Below are positions 13,166-28,437 of a DNA stretch of 64,000 nucleotides, piece after piece. The notes under the pieces are model-generated. The model was not told the DNA's origin and searched no databases. It saw only the letters and a list, made by a program, of their open reading frames with translations. The position numbers and the translations under genes are program-made. The stretch is from Eledone cirrhosa (Eukaryota). Location of the stretch: contig OZ024740.1 in the NCBI GenBank assembly GCA_964016885.1, forward strand, positions 167,586,001-167,650,000. The letters run 5' to 3'. How positions within the stretch are numbered: the stretch's first letter is position 1; the number at the start of each line of letters is the position of its first letter.

Positions 13166-13596
13166 ATATTAATAAATGGAAACTATATTTATAAAACCAT
13201 ATTTATTTTATTATAATAATTCAAGGGCAACCAAGGCAAATTATGGTGCGCTTTCATCAGATAAAATACAGATTTGTTTTATGAATAAATATTGACATAC
13301 CCGGAAAAAAAAGACAAACTTAACGGTTGGAGCTTCCTGGATAGGAAGGTTGTCTTTTTATTTCTGGGTATGTCAATATTTATTTATAAAACAAATCTGT
13401 ATTTTATTTGATGAAAGCGCACCATAATTTGCCTTGGTTGCCCTTGAAATATATATAATAAAATAAATATGGTTTTATAAATATAGTTTCCATTTATTAA
13501 TATATTGTGTATTTACTCCACTAAACTGTTGAGTGCTTTATATCATTTATAAAAATGTTTATGCTTGTTGAATCCCAACAAATTAAATATAACCTC

Positions 13597-13600
<4 letters not shown>
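13161..13600. mobile_element. Hairpin insertion in (TA)n (arms 13161-13320 and 13346-13508) with hammerheads at 13204-13268 (-) and 13400-13465 (+)
   Basis: About 160 bp inverted arms. Composite HHR: TATTTTAT-CTGATGA-AAG...CTT-GAAA-TATATA-TA-ATAAAATA (8-bp stem I). Each arm has a different inactivating change. Confidence 0.8.
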
Positions 13601-13651
<51 letters not shown>

Positions 13652-14116
13652 CAACAAGGAAGATGTAAAAAAATTATCTAAACACTTAATTTTGAATATT
13701 TAATTTTATTTTTTATTTCTTATTAATTCTCTTTAATTGTAATTCGCAACATTTGATTAAATGAATTTTACTAGTACCTTGAAACCGTTTATACTTTATA
13801 TACTTTATATACATTATAAAACTCCTTTTTAAAAGAATTGACCCTCTCATTTTTTCAATAATGTCACTTTGACGAATCAAAGAAAGGAAAAAAAAGAAAA
13901 CTATATATTCTCAACTGTTTTCAAGTCCAGCAGTCGCCAGTCGCCAATCAAGCCTGAAATGCATAGTCGGTTGTCCCCCTTGCTTCTGCTGGACTCCACA
14001 AGAGGGCGTTAGCCCCGGTGTTTGAATAGCTACGGCTTCCTAATACCGTGTTTCTTCAGAAATACGAAATTTCTATACATATTTGTATCAAGCTATGCTT
14101 GAAGTGAAATCTTATT

Positions 14117-14214
<98 letters not shown>

Positions 14215-14863
14215 ATATCGTATAGGTGATATAGTGGAATTTTGTCACAGCTCCAGTATGACGAGAAGATCGATAGTGGAATCGGGTCCACAACAGCCAA
14301 TCCTCTGTGAAACAGGTCGATACACAATACATATCATGTTCACATAAATGAACCTCCTCGTTTTTTGTCTAATATATATTTATATATATATTCAGAGTAT
14401 TTAACTTTAGACTGAGCACCAGTGGAAATAAGACATAGAATCCTGAACTCCAGAAATACTAACACATTGAAAATTTGGTATATTTTTTAATTCTGAGGAA
14501 TATTAAATTATTGCAACTTTAAAAGTATTTTTTTTCTTTTTTCATTTTCTGTTCATTATTTCGTCAGAAAATGATCGGACCAGGTTCAGAAACCGACACG
14601 CAAGGGATTTCTCATCTGCTCACAAAGGTGTGCAAAGAATGTTGCATTGAGGTCGAAAACCTATTGGTGGGTTGTCAAAATAATTCCTTGTTTGACCCAT
14701 ATTACCATTCACCAACTGTTACAAAAAATAAATTTGTGGAGCGAAAATCTTTTAAAAAGGAATACTATAGATACAAACACACGCATACACTTATATGTAT
14801 ACATACATATATGCATACATATATGCATACATATATGCATACATATATGTATACATATATATT

Positions 14864-14905
14864 GAAACGGCTGTATCTCAGCCGTCGGGGTCCCGAATTT
14901 TTCAT
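14864..14905 (+). mobile_element. Isolated hammerhead 3' half (stem III and cleavage site) of the PLE family
   Basis: GAAA-CGGCTG(tatct)CAGCCG-TC-GGGGTC, homologous to 56899-56927, embedded in TA-rich repeats. Confidence 0.6.
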
Positions 14906-14914
14906 ATAAATATA

Positions 14915-15130
14915 TCATGATGATCATCATCAACTCTTTTTAACGTCTACTTTCCACGCTACCTTGGGTCAAATGAGTTGTCCCGTTGTGAGATAAGTCA
15001 GAGCAGATGACCGCGTCTTTCTCATACAGAACTGCTTCTGGCATAGTTTCTACGGATGGTTTCCCTTTCTAACGTCATTTACAGCGTTGACTGGGTCCTT
15101 TTTATTGTGGCAACAGAACGCTCACCTGTC
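14915..15130 (-). mobile_element. Old SINE/LINE 3' end with (GAT)n tail (RTE-related)
   Basis: CATCATCA..TTTAACGTCTACTTTCCACGCT..TTTCTACGGATGGTTTCCCTTTCTAACG resembles RTE-tail SINE ends. Confidence 0.45.
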
Positions 15131-15953
15131 TGGTTGGACTGGGTAATTGTTCATCGTGCCACCAGCACGACCACATTACACAGAAGTCAGGGTGTATTTG
15201 TCGTGTCACCAACAATACCATCTTACACACACACATATATATATATGTGAGTGTGTGTGTAATTAAACTACTTGCCCTACCGATAGTGCCTATCAGCATG
15301 TGAACAGATGCTACCAGTTTGAGTGTTTCTGTAATGATTATCAAGACAGATACTCACACTTAAACTCTTGTGCAAATAATAGCTTTAGGTGGTATATGTA
15401 ACTTTAACTTTTCTAAATTACTTTTTGCTTTAATTCAGATTTACGTTATTTACTTTTTTAATTCATTCCCACCTCAGATCTCAGTTTTGTTTTTATATTC
15501 TATAATCTAAACATATTACATACACAAAGGAGTACAATTGATGTTATATCTGCCTGGTTTTTAACGAAATTTTCCTTATTGTGCTAATAGTAGTGCTTCT
15601 TCAATTGTTTTAAATTCCTCTTTTAATTTTAATGACAAAATTCCGGTCATAGTGTTCTGCCGCTGTCATATAACAGAACAGAAATAATGGATGACGAAAA
15701 AGCAACAGAAATAATTGTAGAGTAGAAAATGCAAGACTCATTTTATCATTTCGTCTATGCAACACCATTTCTGATCATTTGAAATTATTCATATGTTTAT
15801 TTCCAAATCTTAATTCTCTGACGATTTTACAAATTTTAATACTTATTATTTGATTGCGCGCACGAATGCTATTATTATTTTTATGTATTTTTATACAATT
15901 TTCTTTTCCTGCATCCTTTCCCTGTTCCATCCACAATCATGTATTGTACTCCC

Positions 15954-16280
15954 TTCTTCTTCTTCTTCTTCTTCTTCTTCTTCTTCTTCTTCTTCTTCTT
16001 CTTCTTCTTCTTCTTCTTCTTCTTCTTCTTCTTCTTCCACTTATTGATGAAAGAGTCGTGGGCACAGAGTCCTCACTTACTCCCTCCAGCGAGTCCTGTA
16101 AGAGGGTACTGTAAGAAGCAACCGTCTCCATCTGATCCAGCTGGATCCTCAAGCGTGAACAGCCAAGATCATGGCTTTTATCCAACCATCTTGCCCAGAG
16201 TCTACCCCTGGGTCTCTTACTTGTTGGTGTCGCCCGTAAAATGTGTCCAGCGATTGTTTCCTGTACTCACTACCGTCTAA
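15954..16280 (-). mobile_element. 3' end of a second RTE-like LINE with (GAA)n tail
   Basis: Minus frames give RPRGRLWARWLDK..DQMETVASY..RTRWRE*VRTLCP, followed by (GAA)n. Confidence 0.65.
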
Positions 16281-19200
16281 TTTATATTAGAATAGAAATA
16301 TTTTCAGTTTTGTTTTAAATTTCCTTTACTTAACATTGATTATATACTAGTTGAACTTTATTTCTTCTGTCACAATTTTAAGTGTATTTTCATGCATCAT
16401 CCTGACGATTTTTGTTTTGAATTTTTGCATCAATTGATTTCATATTTTATAGGTTTAGATATCTGCTTGCGAATTTCCATTGTGAAATCTTTCTTTCTTT
16501 TCGACTCCTATACGATTTATAGAATAACTTTGTGATTAATATTGGTAAAAATCCTCTTTCAATGGAAACCTTAATTTTTGTCACATAACTATGTAGGTGC
16601 ATAGGTAGATGTATATCATTTATTCATGGAAGATCTTTTCTTTAAGATTTAAATGATAGCAAAGAATTATATGTATACTATTATTTCATTGATTATTCAT
16701 CGCTTCAGGAGATATATATTTTAGTGAAGGGAAACCGTTTTCAGAATTCTTCTAATCTTAATATATTCTTTATTCCTTTTGTAGAATATAGATATGATTT
16801 GGTGCAGTTTTCTTTTTACATTCCTTTATAAGTTCCAGTACAATTTAGTTCATTTCCCCAGAGAAATGTTGCTTTTAATGTTATGCATTTCATATTACTC
16901 AACACCAAGTACAATATATACATTTGTATTTGATGTGTTATTGCTTAATATTTCATTGTTAGGCCTGGCTTATAAAATGTTGATATCTTTAGAGTATTAT
17001 GTTTGTTCATATAAGCAGTCCTTTCTTTCTAACAAATATGATAAACAAAATATACATATATTGAAGTCCATTAAACATAATCTTTTTGTAGTTTTATCAC
17101 AATGAACACCACAACATCCCATTTTCCCTTATTTATACTTATGAGGTTATATACTTTGCGTACGGAGTTAATAATAATCGGCGTACAAACCCCATTAAAA
17201 CGATCGTCATCATTATCATCACAATTATCTTAATTACCATCATCAATCTCGCACTTATCCTCCTTCTCTTCCTCACGATGAATATCGTGAGGCTCCTTCT
17301 TGTCGTCATCATTACCATCCTCAATATTATCATCATAACCACCAACAGCAGCCGTGAAATATAATTATTCAATTAAATTGTTGATGCTGTTAATGTAGCT
17401 CTATGTTTGCACTAGTTTTTGTTTAGTCCCAGGATCGAAGGCATCCTAACACCGACCATTGTATCTTATTCAAAAAACTATGTGCGAGACATATAATAAC
17501 AGAGGTTGTGTAATTTAATGGTAGTATATATATAATATATATTATGTAAACTTTATCATTTTAAATATTTATGTTTAATCTTTTCTATTTTCGTCCAGTA
17601 TATCATACGTTAATTTACTGTTTGCTATATCTAATATTCCCAAAATTGTAAGACCATATATCTAAATATATAGCCTGATTTGTTCATACTTAATTTCAAT
17701 TCATCATGAAAATACTTCATTTTTATCAATATTCCAAGCATATTTTTAGTAAATTTAATAGATGGAAACAAATTTCCATCGGCCGTTATCAGATGTTACT
17801 GATATGTCAGGATGTCCTGTTTGGCAAAGTAATGATTATCAATGAATACTTTTTACGTGTTGCCTTAAGCATCTCTGCTGTTTATATAATAACGACGCTC
17901 TCTAATTTTAATGATCTATATGCACAAAAATGTTATGATATATAATTGGTTTTCAAGTGGTATTAAAACAAATTGTTTTCTGTGTAAATTTTAAACGCTT
18001 AAGACAATTCTAGATTATATTATCTGAAAGAAACACATAAGAATTCTGAGCTAATGCTTCAACATTCAATATAGCTTCTTACCGCAATCAGCCCAGCATT
18101 AATGCACCTGTTTCGAGAAAATACTCATAGTTTTAATTTCTATATAAAACACACATAAATAATATTAGTTGAATTGAGAAGTGTTACATTGGATTGTGTG
18201 AAATCTTTAATATTGAAACAGATCGCCTTTGAACGCAAGTCTATTCATTTAGTGATTTCTCCTATGGATTGACCAATATCATTGAGAACTAACATCATGT
18301 TCAAACAAGTTCAATCTGTATTCATCTGGTTGATAAACAAGCCCTGGTGATTTCTTGAAATAGCGCTTTGTGATAGGAATGAAATTCTTCTGAGATTTTC
18401 CGTTCACTTCCTTCAAGACAACTGCATTTTCGCTAGCTACAGATATTTACACCACATATATTTGACAGAACGTCAAAGCTGATACAAATACCGGAAGCTA
18501 TTTTGCCCAAAGCTCTAAAGGTTTCGTCAATCTATTGTTCTCGAAGGAGTTTCAATTCAATGAACCCTGAATGTTTAAAGTGAAACTTGAACCTCAACAA
18601 AATTTTTTTGAGATCTATGTTTCATTTTAATCAGAATTTACTGAACAAGTACACATGACACAAATTATTTGGCCAGCATCTAAATGATTCTGCCAATTCA
18701 TCATCATCTAAATCTATATAAAATGTCAACTGGTCTTTGCCGTAAAACGTAATATAAAGATGTCCAAGTATATTTTTTTAATATTTCGGATAATTTACCC
18801 CAACCGCAGGAATTGTTTGAAAAGAAAAGAAATTCGAAAAATCAACATTTCTTACTGAACCACTCATCTCTAACTTTCAAACAATTATTTATTATGCTAC
18901 AGACATTTTGAAATGTGTTAGTGCTACCTCTCAGAGGATATAACTATCTGGAGTAGTGCTATCAAGTAACAAATCAATTTCAGTCCAGAACTCCTATAGC
19001 AAAACCAATATATTCTACTTCTGAAATACCTTTCGATTGCAATCTATTATTTTCACATTTTTCATCCATGAAATTTCAGTAAGCCAAGAAGCCATATATG
19101 TATCAAGTATTATTAAGTGATATTTTTTATTCATTTATCTCACTGGGAATTGTGTTTGTGTTTGAATGTGTGCGTGTGCACGCTCGATCACGTTTCACTG

Positions 19201-20441
19201 TAAATATATATTTGTATGTGCAAGCAAGTTATATGAAACATTTTGAAAGTATTGTTTATGATCGCAATGACTATTGTTTTATCAGTTGTTGTTATTGATG
19301 CGTCATAAAGTGGGTTAAAACGATATACTACCGAACTAAGTTGCATTGTCTAGTTCCGTTATCTATGTTCAAAATCTATATCCTACTTTGAGGGTTTTTG
19401 TTTTGGGGCTTGGTAAGTTTCAGGGGACAATGGAATTGGCTATACTAATTACTTATACATTCACTGTCTCTTGTTCATACAATATACCATTACTATTGTT
19501 ACGAAGGGACTTGGTCAGTGGACTGGCGGAATAATTAGTGCGAAAGATGAAATGCATTACCGTATTTCATTACAAACCTCTACATTCTGGTGTCAACTCT
19601 TAACAGGATCAGTATTGGCTTCTATCATTCGAAGGTCGATAAAATACGAGTTAAGTACTGGCATCGATATAATCGACTTTCCCTTTCCCCAAGTAGGTTA
19701 CCTTGTACATAAACGAGAAATTAATGTCAGAAATAATGTCAGGATTGAATTTCATTCTTGTATATCTTCATTATCCTATGCCATACAGTGCCAGAGCGCC
19801 AGTAACCAGATCCCTTCACTTATTTTAAAGTGGAAGGGGTTGTCTTAGAGGAAACTTTTACTGTGATTTATTTCCCACAATTTGTATCACACCAACATGC
19901 AGTCTATTCTGAAAACAAATGGAATGAAAATCGCCCTCAACACTTTACTGATGATATATTTTAATCATCCTAATGGAAAATAAGGCAATATCAATCTCGG
20001 TGATATTTTTTTAAACTCGAAAAGTAAAGAGCAGAAACAATAAGGCAGGGCATTTTTCGATCGTTATAACTCGAGCTATTCTTCCATTCTACATCCTTGT
20101 CCATCTATGAAATCAGTTCAATAACGATAGCGTCAACATCGCTGACTTAAACCGTGATTGATGAAATATATCCTAGTAGAATATTTGGGCAAATTTAATA
20201 AGATATATATTCTATGATTTCTTAACAAAAGTGTTTTCGTACCATGTCGAAAGAAATCATTTTTATTGTTTTGTAGAACCTCGTGCTAATACCTGCTCTA
20301 TTCAGGTTACGTTTCATTTGCTAAGATAACTGGGGAAACACTTCGCGAAACTTCATCGAGTCGTTAATATAATTACTAATTTGAATATTTTGGTAAGTCA
20401 ATTCACTTGACATTCAGATCTCCACAAAATGTATGACATTA

Positions 20442-20547
20442 TCGCCGAGGTTAACTTTGCCTTTCATCCTTACGGGGTAGATAAAATAAAGTACCAGTAA
20501 TACACTAGCATAATTGCTGGTCTTGTGCCAAAAGTAGAAACAATTAT
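20442..20547 (+). mobile_element. 5'-truncated tRNA-SINE copy
   Basis: CGCCGAGGTTAACTTTGCCTTTCATCCTTACGGGG...GTGCCAAAAGTAGAAAC. Confidence 0.85.
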
Positions 20548-20978
20548 GTCTGTGTTAGAAAGAGTGTCAGATTGGAGGAATCATTAGAGTGTTGAATAAA
20601 CGGCTTTCCCGAATTTTTATATTCTGTGTTCAAATCAGACCAATGTCAACTGCGGTGACAGTCATTGCAGTTGTGACCATCCTATATTTCGTCAGGCAGT
20701 ATATCAGGAACTACATATATATAACAATGCTCTTTATTTTTGTAAAGTCGTTCAGTTTCACAATAAGGAAAATGTACTTCCTACTTCTCACAGGCTCCCT
20801 CGTCGACTCATTAGCATGTAAATCAAACTTAAAAACCGCTTATCGAAAGTGGTTCTTTTAGACGCTTCCCCTGCGCCATAATTTTTCCAAATTAGTTTTA
20901 TATTCAAAACACTAAAATTAAATTCTTCCCTATGAATGAACGTCATTATCGTTGTTATTATAGTAGTAGTAGTAGTAA

Positions 20979-21042
<64 letters not shown>

Positions 21043-24000
21043 CAGTGGGTAGGGCATTATCATCATTTTTGTCGTCATCCATGTGGTTATTTTTAGTTGT
21101 GTGAGAGAGGGTTTCGCCCTAATTAGTCTCTTTGCAATTGATGTTACTGTTGGGGTGGTAAAACGCATGAAAAAGTCTAAATAATTACATTCAATTATTA
21201 ATTAGACCATCAAATCATTGAAAAGCCCAATTCAATGTTATTTTTTTTTTTTTTTTTTTTTTGTTTAGTTTATTATTTCAAACAAAATAAGAATTGACTG
21301 AAATTGTTGATGAGCGAAAGACCGGAAGTTCAAATAATAGCTTTGTGCTGAGGGCTTTAGAAATTCTGTCAATTTTTGTTATATCTTTTTTGTTTTCAGT
21401 TATATGCACGTCATATTTATGACAAACACTCTGCTCAATTCTTTTCATATTTTTTTATGTTTCTATCATTATTATTTGTATTGTGACTGATAAAAAGACG
21501 TAGATTAGCGCATTGAATAGTATACTTACCAGTATTTATGCATGCCCGTTTATATTCTGAGATCGAATCTTGTAAATAATGTGTTTATTGCTACTACTAT
21601 AATAAGAAATTCAAAGTAGTTGTCGATGACGTTGCTTGTAGTCACTCTATAGCTAGAACTGCATTATCTAATGTATTCATTTATAAGATAATAGGGAGAA
21701 TTAACTAATATTTCTTGCATATTCCAACTAATATTTCTTGCGGGTTCCAATGAGATTCTAACAAAGGCTATTTTATTGATTAATGTGGAGATGATTTTCG
21801 TTGGATCTTGTAAAAATTATCTTCTTAAGACGCACAAACGTTCTTTCGCTAGCTCGAAATGTTCTTATTTCCCTTATACATTATGCTTCTTTCTGCTATT
21901 GTTTTCCTTATTATTGTTGTCATTTTTGGTTATTGTCCTCAAAATTATTTTGAGAAAAACTATTTCCGATGCTAAAGCTCATTCATTGCTGTTGTTTTTA
22001 TTGCTCCAGGCGTAATGCTGAAATGATTGATTGGTGTATTAACTCTGCAAACAGAAAGCGATGAAAGCTTAGCTTTAGGTGCTGCAACCCAGTGACCTCC
22101 ATAGAGTAAGTGAAAAGTCATTTGACTTGAGCATAGCGAATGAAGGTTTATGGACTCTAAGCTTTCTATGTAAAATAACTTTGTGTATATGCATGTGAAC
22201 ACATTTATATTGATTATATTCAAGGTTCGTGAATTGGCAGGAATGGGTGAGCGTCGAATAAAATTGTCATAACGCTATTTGTATTTAGATTTCTGATTTC
22301 AAATTCCGACAAGGTCAACTTTGCTTTATATCCTTCCCAGTCGATAAAATAAAATGCCAGTCAAGTACTAGGGTTGATTTATTCAATTTTGCCTTCCCAC
22401 AAATGTGCTGGCATTGTGCTTAAGTTACAAAGCATTAATAAGTTTTCTTTCATTGCTTTCTTTTGGGGACTAAAGCTACGGTCCATTAGAATCTGAATTA
22501 AAATGACCCATGTTTGACTTTGTCTTTATTCCGTTATGGTCAGTAAAATATGATCGAATCAAATAGTTGTTTGTTTATTTTATAATTGATTATTCCTTCT
22601 CCAGAAATCACATCAGATTATATCTAAGGAATAAATCCTTATGAGGCCTAGGGTTTAGGGGAAGTGAGTAGTTAATTATATCAACTCCAGTACTTGGCTG
22701 GAAAGATGAAAGGCAAAATTGACCTCAGCGGTATTTGATCTCCGTAAACATTCGGAACAAATACGTCAAGCCATTTTTTCGACACGGTAAGTTTTCTGGA
22801 AATTCGATGACATCATATAGGTATTTCAAAAACGCCGGAGTTAGAAATTGCTTCGTAATGTTTAATTACACACATTTAACTTTTGAGTTCAAACATCACC
22901 AGAATAGTCTCTACTTCATATCCCTGCATGTGCCACTATGTATACATAAATACCATTCAATTACTACCGTCGATTTAGCTTTTGTAGATATTTCCCCGAA
23001 TATCTACGACCTCGATTATAGGAAATCTGTATATTATACAAATAGTAAAAGTGTTGTGTGCCATGATATGTTCAGTTATCTCCCTCTACATTTCGAGAAT
23101 AAATCCTGTCAGAATTGACTTTACCTTTCACACAGGAAACCTTCGTTTTAACATTTACTATAACAATTGGTAAACTATAATATATATCACTCATTTCTGA
23201 CAGCGCGTGTGACAATTTATTGTTTATGTAACCGTGTGGGGAACAAATGCTGCGAAAGTCATTGGGACTTTTATTGACAATGATTACAATAGCATTATTT
23301 GTTTAGACCAGAGAGAGCCCCGATCAAGAAGACCTACCTTAAAGACATTTTCATGATAATCATCTCATAATCTTTTAGGTGGCGTGTACTCTGGATTACA
23401 TTGGCCCTTTTTATGTTATCCTTTTTACTTTCCCCCACGCACAGGGATTAACCTTACAAAATCTAAACATCAGACTCCATACATTCGATGAATTCCTGAA
23501 TAGTAACACAGAATATTTTAATTGCAAACCTAACAACTTCATCTCTTTCAATTCACTACGCATATCAGGAAGAAGTCTTATGGGCATGAATTAAAATCTC
23601 AAAATTGCTGTAAGTGTTAGGTCTCATAATTTCTGAGGATCCTTCCTGTAAAAACCTCATATATATCATTGCCAAAACTGCATCACAGGACGAGGATTCT
23701 TCTTTAAGATTCCTGACCAGATAATATCTAAAGTTGAAATAAACTCACACTAATATACTGAGCATATCCTTGCGATGTTGTTGCAAAATATACAGATCTA
23801 ATAGATATTCAAATGTAATTTCCACCAGATATGCCAATTATTTCTAGAGAGCCGAGGAACCACGTAGGAAGCTCCTTCAGTGATATTGCTTTTGATCGAC
23901 TGACGATTTTGTTTATCATCATTGTTGTTTTTCATATCGTTTTCAGGTTGCTTTTTGTTGATATTTCAGCAATTATTATTGATGATGCTGTTGATATTGT

Positions 24001-24069
24001 TGTAATAGCCAATTTGTGTTATTGCTACAGCTGTTTAATTAGTTAATGCTGTTATTATATATGTCATAA

Positions 24070-24258
24070 GGGTGTTGGATTGGCAGAATCGGTAGATTGC
24101 CGGACAAAATGTTTAGTTACAGTCCATAGAGTTACGCCATTTAGGTTCTGAGTTCAAATCTCGCTGAGGTTAACTTTGCTTTTTATCCTTACAGGGTCGA
24201 TTTACTCGACTCTCTCTCATAAAATTGCTGGCCTTGTGCCTAAATCAGAAACTATTAT
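24070..24258 (+). mobile_element. tRNA-SINE copy (older relatives at about 19500-19720, 22230-22440 and 22640-22790)
   Basis: GGATTGGCAGAATCGGTAGA..GAGTTCAAATCTC..GGCCTTGTGCCTAAATCAGAAAC. Confidence 0.8.
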
Positions 24259-24619
24259 AGATGTCATATTTGTTGCCGCTGCTGCTGGTGTTGATGCCAA
24301 ACATCGTTAGAACAATTCAACTCCAGTCAGTCATCTGAGTGTCGTAATTTTTTATAATGTTTGAAGCCGCTATTTGTACATCTCTTTTACCAACATCATT
24401 GTCTGCTCATGCGCATTGTGACGATGTAGTTCCTCTTTAAAATCACCACCTTCCAAATTTCACCACCATCGCCATCAAAACCAACAGCAACTATCAAGCC
24501 CCACCACCGCCACCAAAACAATTAGCACATCTATCATCCCGATTACCATTGTCATCCTACTCCAAACACTAATGACATTTCGCTCTCATGGTTATCTGTT
24601 TTAGATGTGTTATACACAT

Positions 24620-24679
<60 letters not shown>

Positions 24680-24980
24680 CTGTGCGTATGTATGGCTGGG
24701 TGAGATTGGTGTGGTGTGTATTGGGTACGTTCCTACATTTAGACACACATATACATATATATTCGTGTGTGTATGTGTGGATGTGTGGGTGTAATGAGTT
24801 GTGTATGTATGTATGTGTTAATTCTTCTCTTTTTAGATTTCCTTCGTTTTGAATTGGGACTAATTTGGATATAAAATTACAACATACACTCTATAATCAT
24901 GTGTTGTATATATGTTTCTATGAATGCATGAATATATGTGGATGTATGTAACAATATATTTACGTACATAATTTTATAGG

Positions 24981-25121
<141 letters not shown>

Positions 25122-26269
25122 ATATATGTTTATATTTGTATATATATAGAGAGAGAGATAAAGGAAGAGAGAGACTGCACGATTTGGAGTGTTTGCGATA
25201 TAAACAACATGAAAAAAAGGCAAATAAAATCTCCGATATCTATAAATATGCTACAACAATGAAAACATTTAACAAAACTTAAAGCATCACAAATATTCTT
25301 TACACATCGTAGCATCACTTCTAATTTAACTCTTCCACTCCCGAAACATTCATATTGTATATTTGTTCTCTAAATTCGAATTAGAATTGCAATCAGTTTG
25401 GAATTTTTGTTCTGAATAAGTAGAGCCATTTCCTTCCATCTCATACAATTTTTAGAATTGTTGTTACTAATAGTATATTTGAAACCAATGTATGTGTGTG
25501 TGGGTGGGCAAAAGAAATTCGTGTGTGTTTCTATCCGAGAACTTTATGGAAGTTTTATATATTTTGATAAAATGAAATTCCAATTGCAAACAATTTAATT
25601 GTCATTCTGTTGCAGATATATTATTCATCTACTTAGCTTTTCTTCTCTTGCTCATATTCTAAATATATAAATAACATAAATAAATCGACTTCTGTATTCC
25701 TGCAATTTACTTACAATCATGGCACGACAATTATACCCTCCACTATCAAATAATTTCATTGAATATGTGAACATTAAATAGGGATTTGGGGGTTATTTTA
25801 TGTTATTTTATTTCATTTTATTAGAGCGAGTGTGGTCTGAAATATTCTGTTCTTGTATTCCTCATTATGAAAGCATTCAGTTATTGAATTGTTCTTCTCA
25901 AAATAAAGGAAAAGAAAAACAAAGTGTAAAGAAATTGCCAATTTCTTTAAAATAAAACATTAAAAAGAATGAATCTCTTTTTACGCTTTTAAAAACAGAA
26001 CTATTTGATAAATACAGTTCATTAAGGTACTTCACTAATTACTAATTATTCATCTGTATGTGGCTGCGTTTATGACTTCATACAATGTTGACTGCACAAG
26101 TATTTGAAATTACAATGATTTTAGTTATTTTAGTTGTGGCATTTTTTTTTATCTTTCCTCGTTTCTAAATGCTCTTATCACAAAAATTACCCTCCCCCTA
26201 CACTCTTTATTCTTTGTTCTCCCCATGTTTATAGCTTCCTCTTTGTTCTCGCCTTCTTCATAATAATCG

Positions 26270-26950
26270 TGATTTCTAATTTAAGTAAAAGGCCAACTAT
26301 TTGAGAGACATGGTTAAGTCAGAAACATCGACCCCTGTGTCCCAGTGGTGCTTTATTTTATCGACTCCTGAATGATGAAAGGTACATTGATCTTGGTGAC
26401 ATTTGAACTCACAAAGTAAAGGGCCATAATTAAATAACGCAAACAATTTTGTCCGATGCTATAATGGTTTCTGATTTAGGCACAATACCAACAGTTTGGG
26501 GGAAGCGGGAAATCAATCACAGTGCAGTATTGGCACTTTTTTTATTTTATCGACTGTGTAATAACGAAAGGCTAAGCTAACCTCGACAGGATTTGAAATC
26601 AGAACGTAAAAAGCCGTAACTAAATACCGGAAAGCATTTTATCCGGCACTTTAACAATTCAGCCACTTATTTCTCAGATTAGCACAAGGTCAGCAAACTT
26701 GGGGAAAGGAGTACGTCGATTATTTTGACCCTAAAACTTAACTTGTAGATTATTTTCTCGAACTCGGAATGATGAAGAGCAAGGTTGACCTCGGTGGGAT
26801 TTGAAATTAAAAAGTAATTATTGAGAAGCATTGTCCAACGATCTAACTATTACCATTATTATTATTTGAATCTTTAATAAAGTACCAGTAATACACTGAG
26901 CAATTGCTGGCCTTGTGCCAAAAGTAGAAACAATTATTATTTGAATCTTT
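26270..26950. mobile_element. Cluster of three old minus-strand SINEs in tandem plus a young 3' SINE fragment (26875-26932, +) with target-site duplication
   Basis: Repeated TTTATCGAC..GATGAAAGG..GATTTGAA units. ATTATTATTTGAATCTTT flanks the young fragment on both sides. Confidence 0.7.
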
Positions 26951-28437
26951 CTTTGAATATTGCTTCTTTCCCATATATTGAGGCGAAATTTGCTAATAAT
27001 CACATTTTACTGTCATACAAATTTTAATGTCATACAAATTTTAATGTCATACAAATAGTGCCATAGGGCATAAACAACAGTAAATGTCTTTGCAAGGTTT
27101 TTAAATTAATATTGCCTTACTTAGGACATGGACTGTGTCAGTCAGAACTGTCTTCTGTACCTCTTGCAGAGATGGGTTTCCAGGTGTCTGTTCCAACGAT
27201 TTTCAGTTACTCTTTTTATCATTCCAGATACAACGACCATCAATAGATAGTGAATTTGTGATATGTTGTTATAATGATTTGAACTAAATATATATCCAAA
27301 GATTCTTTCATCAAAAATATATATCCAAATATTTGAATAATGTAAACAAAAATAAATATGAGGTGGGATTTTTTCTTTTTTTAGTCACACTGTATATATA
27401 TATATATACAATAAAATATATAACAAGCGTAAATCACGAATTCATGTGATGGCTACACCATATAAAGCAAAGATATTTGATAAAGCATCAAATTTAAGTA
27501 AAGGAGAACATTTTCTGCAGAGTAGATAGTAAACATTTGCCAATTGGTCAGATTTCCGAACAGCGCCATCACATATCTGGCTTTTATTTGAATGTATAAA
27601 TACGCATTAGTTGAGTTAGATGCGCATTATGAACTTGTTTGGTCACATAATGTTGTAACTCTGGCTATCCATACGGCAGAAAGGTTTATCTATACAAAGT
27701 TTGGCACTTGACATTTTCATACATCTTGTTCACAGAGAAAACATAAGAGGCCCTTTATAAGAACAATCGTTATTGTGTGATCTTATACTTCATTAAAATT
27801 GCAGGTATGAGAGTGGTCATTCAGCGACATCTGACAAATAAAGCCATATCTGAGGAGTAAAAGAAATCAAATGTGCTTACGATACAAAATCGTAAACCAC
27901 TGCTCGATTTAAAATCCCCACTTGTAAACATTTAGAGGATGCTATTCAGTACCAAATATCCAATCCATATCTCCAGTTGGCGAATAACCTCCGCACACAA
28001 GATTTGCCAGATTAGTTGCATATCTACTGTTAAATAAATATTTGTTTGAAGTAGGATATTTGGTTATTTAAGCGACGTGTTAATCATCAATCGATATATA
28101 GAATTTTGATTAAATATGGGTACGTATTTTTTTTCTCAGTCAAAATATTACCCCTCCTTTTAGCCATACATACACACACACATACACACACACATATATA
28201 TATATTTATATATGTGTATATATGTGTGTCTGTGGATGAGTATGTATATATATATATATTATATAGTTCCTCATTGTGACACATGCACAAACAGATACCC
28301 ACGCACACACAAGCCCACGTACATTGACATACACACACAGACGCACAAACACACACGCACACACGCACGCACACACACACACGCACACATATAGATAGAT
28401 AGATAGAGAGATAGATAGATAGATAGATAGATAGATA

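Noticed and set aside
21318-21332. ETS-like CCGGAAGT motif, and YY1-like AAAATGGCCGC at about 43425, as promoter signals
   Set aside because: Short isolated motifs with no associated exon or gene evidence.
27150-27810. Possible host exons (polypyrimidine-AG at about 27169 and 27227, GTATGA at about 27805)
   Set aside because: No consistent open frame or recognisable protein between the splice-like sites.
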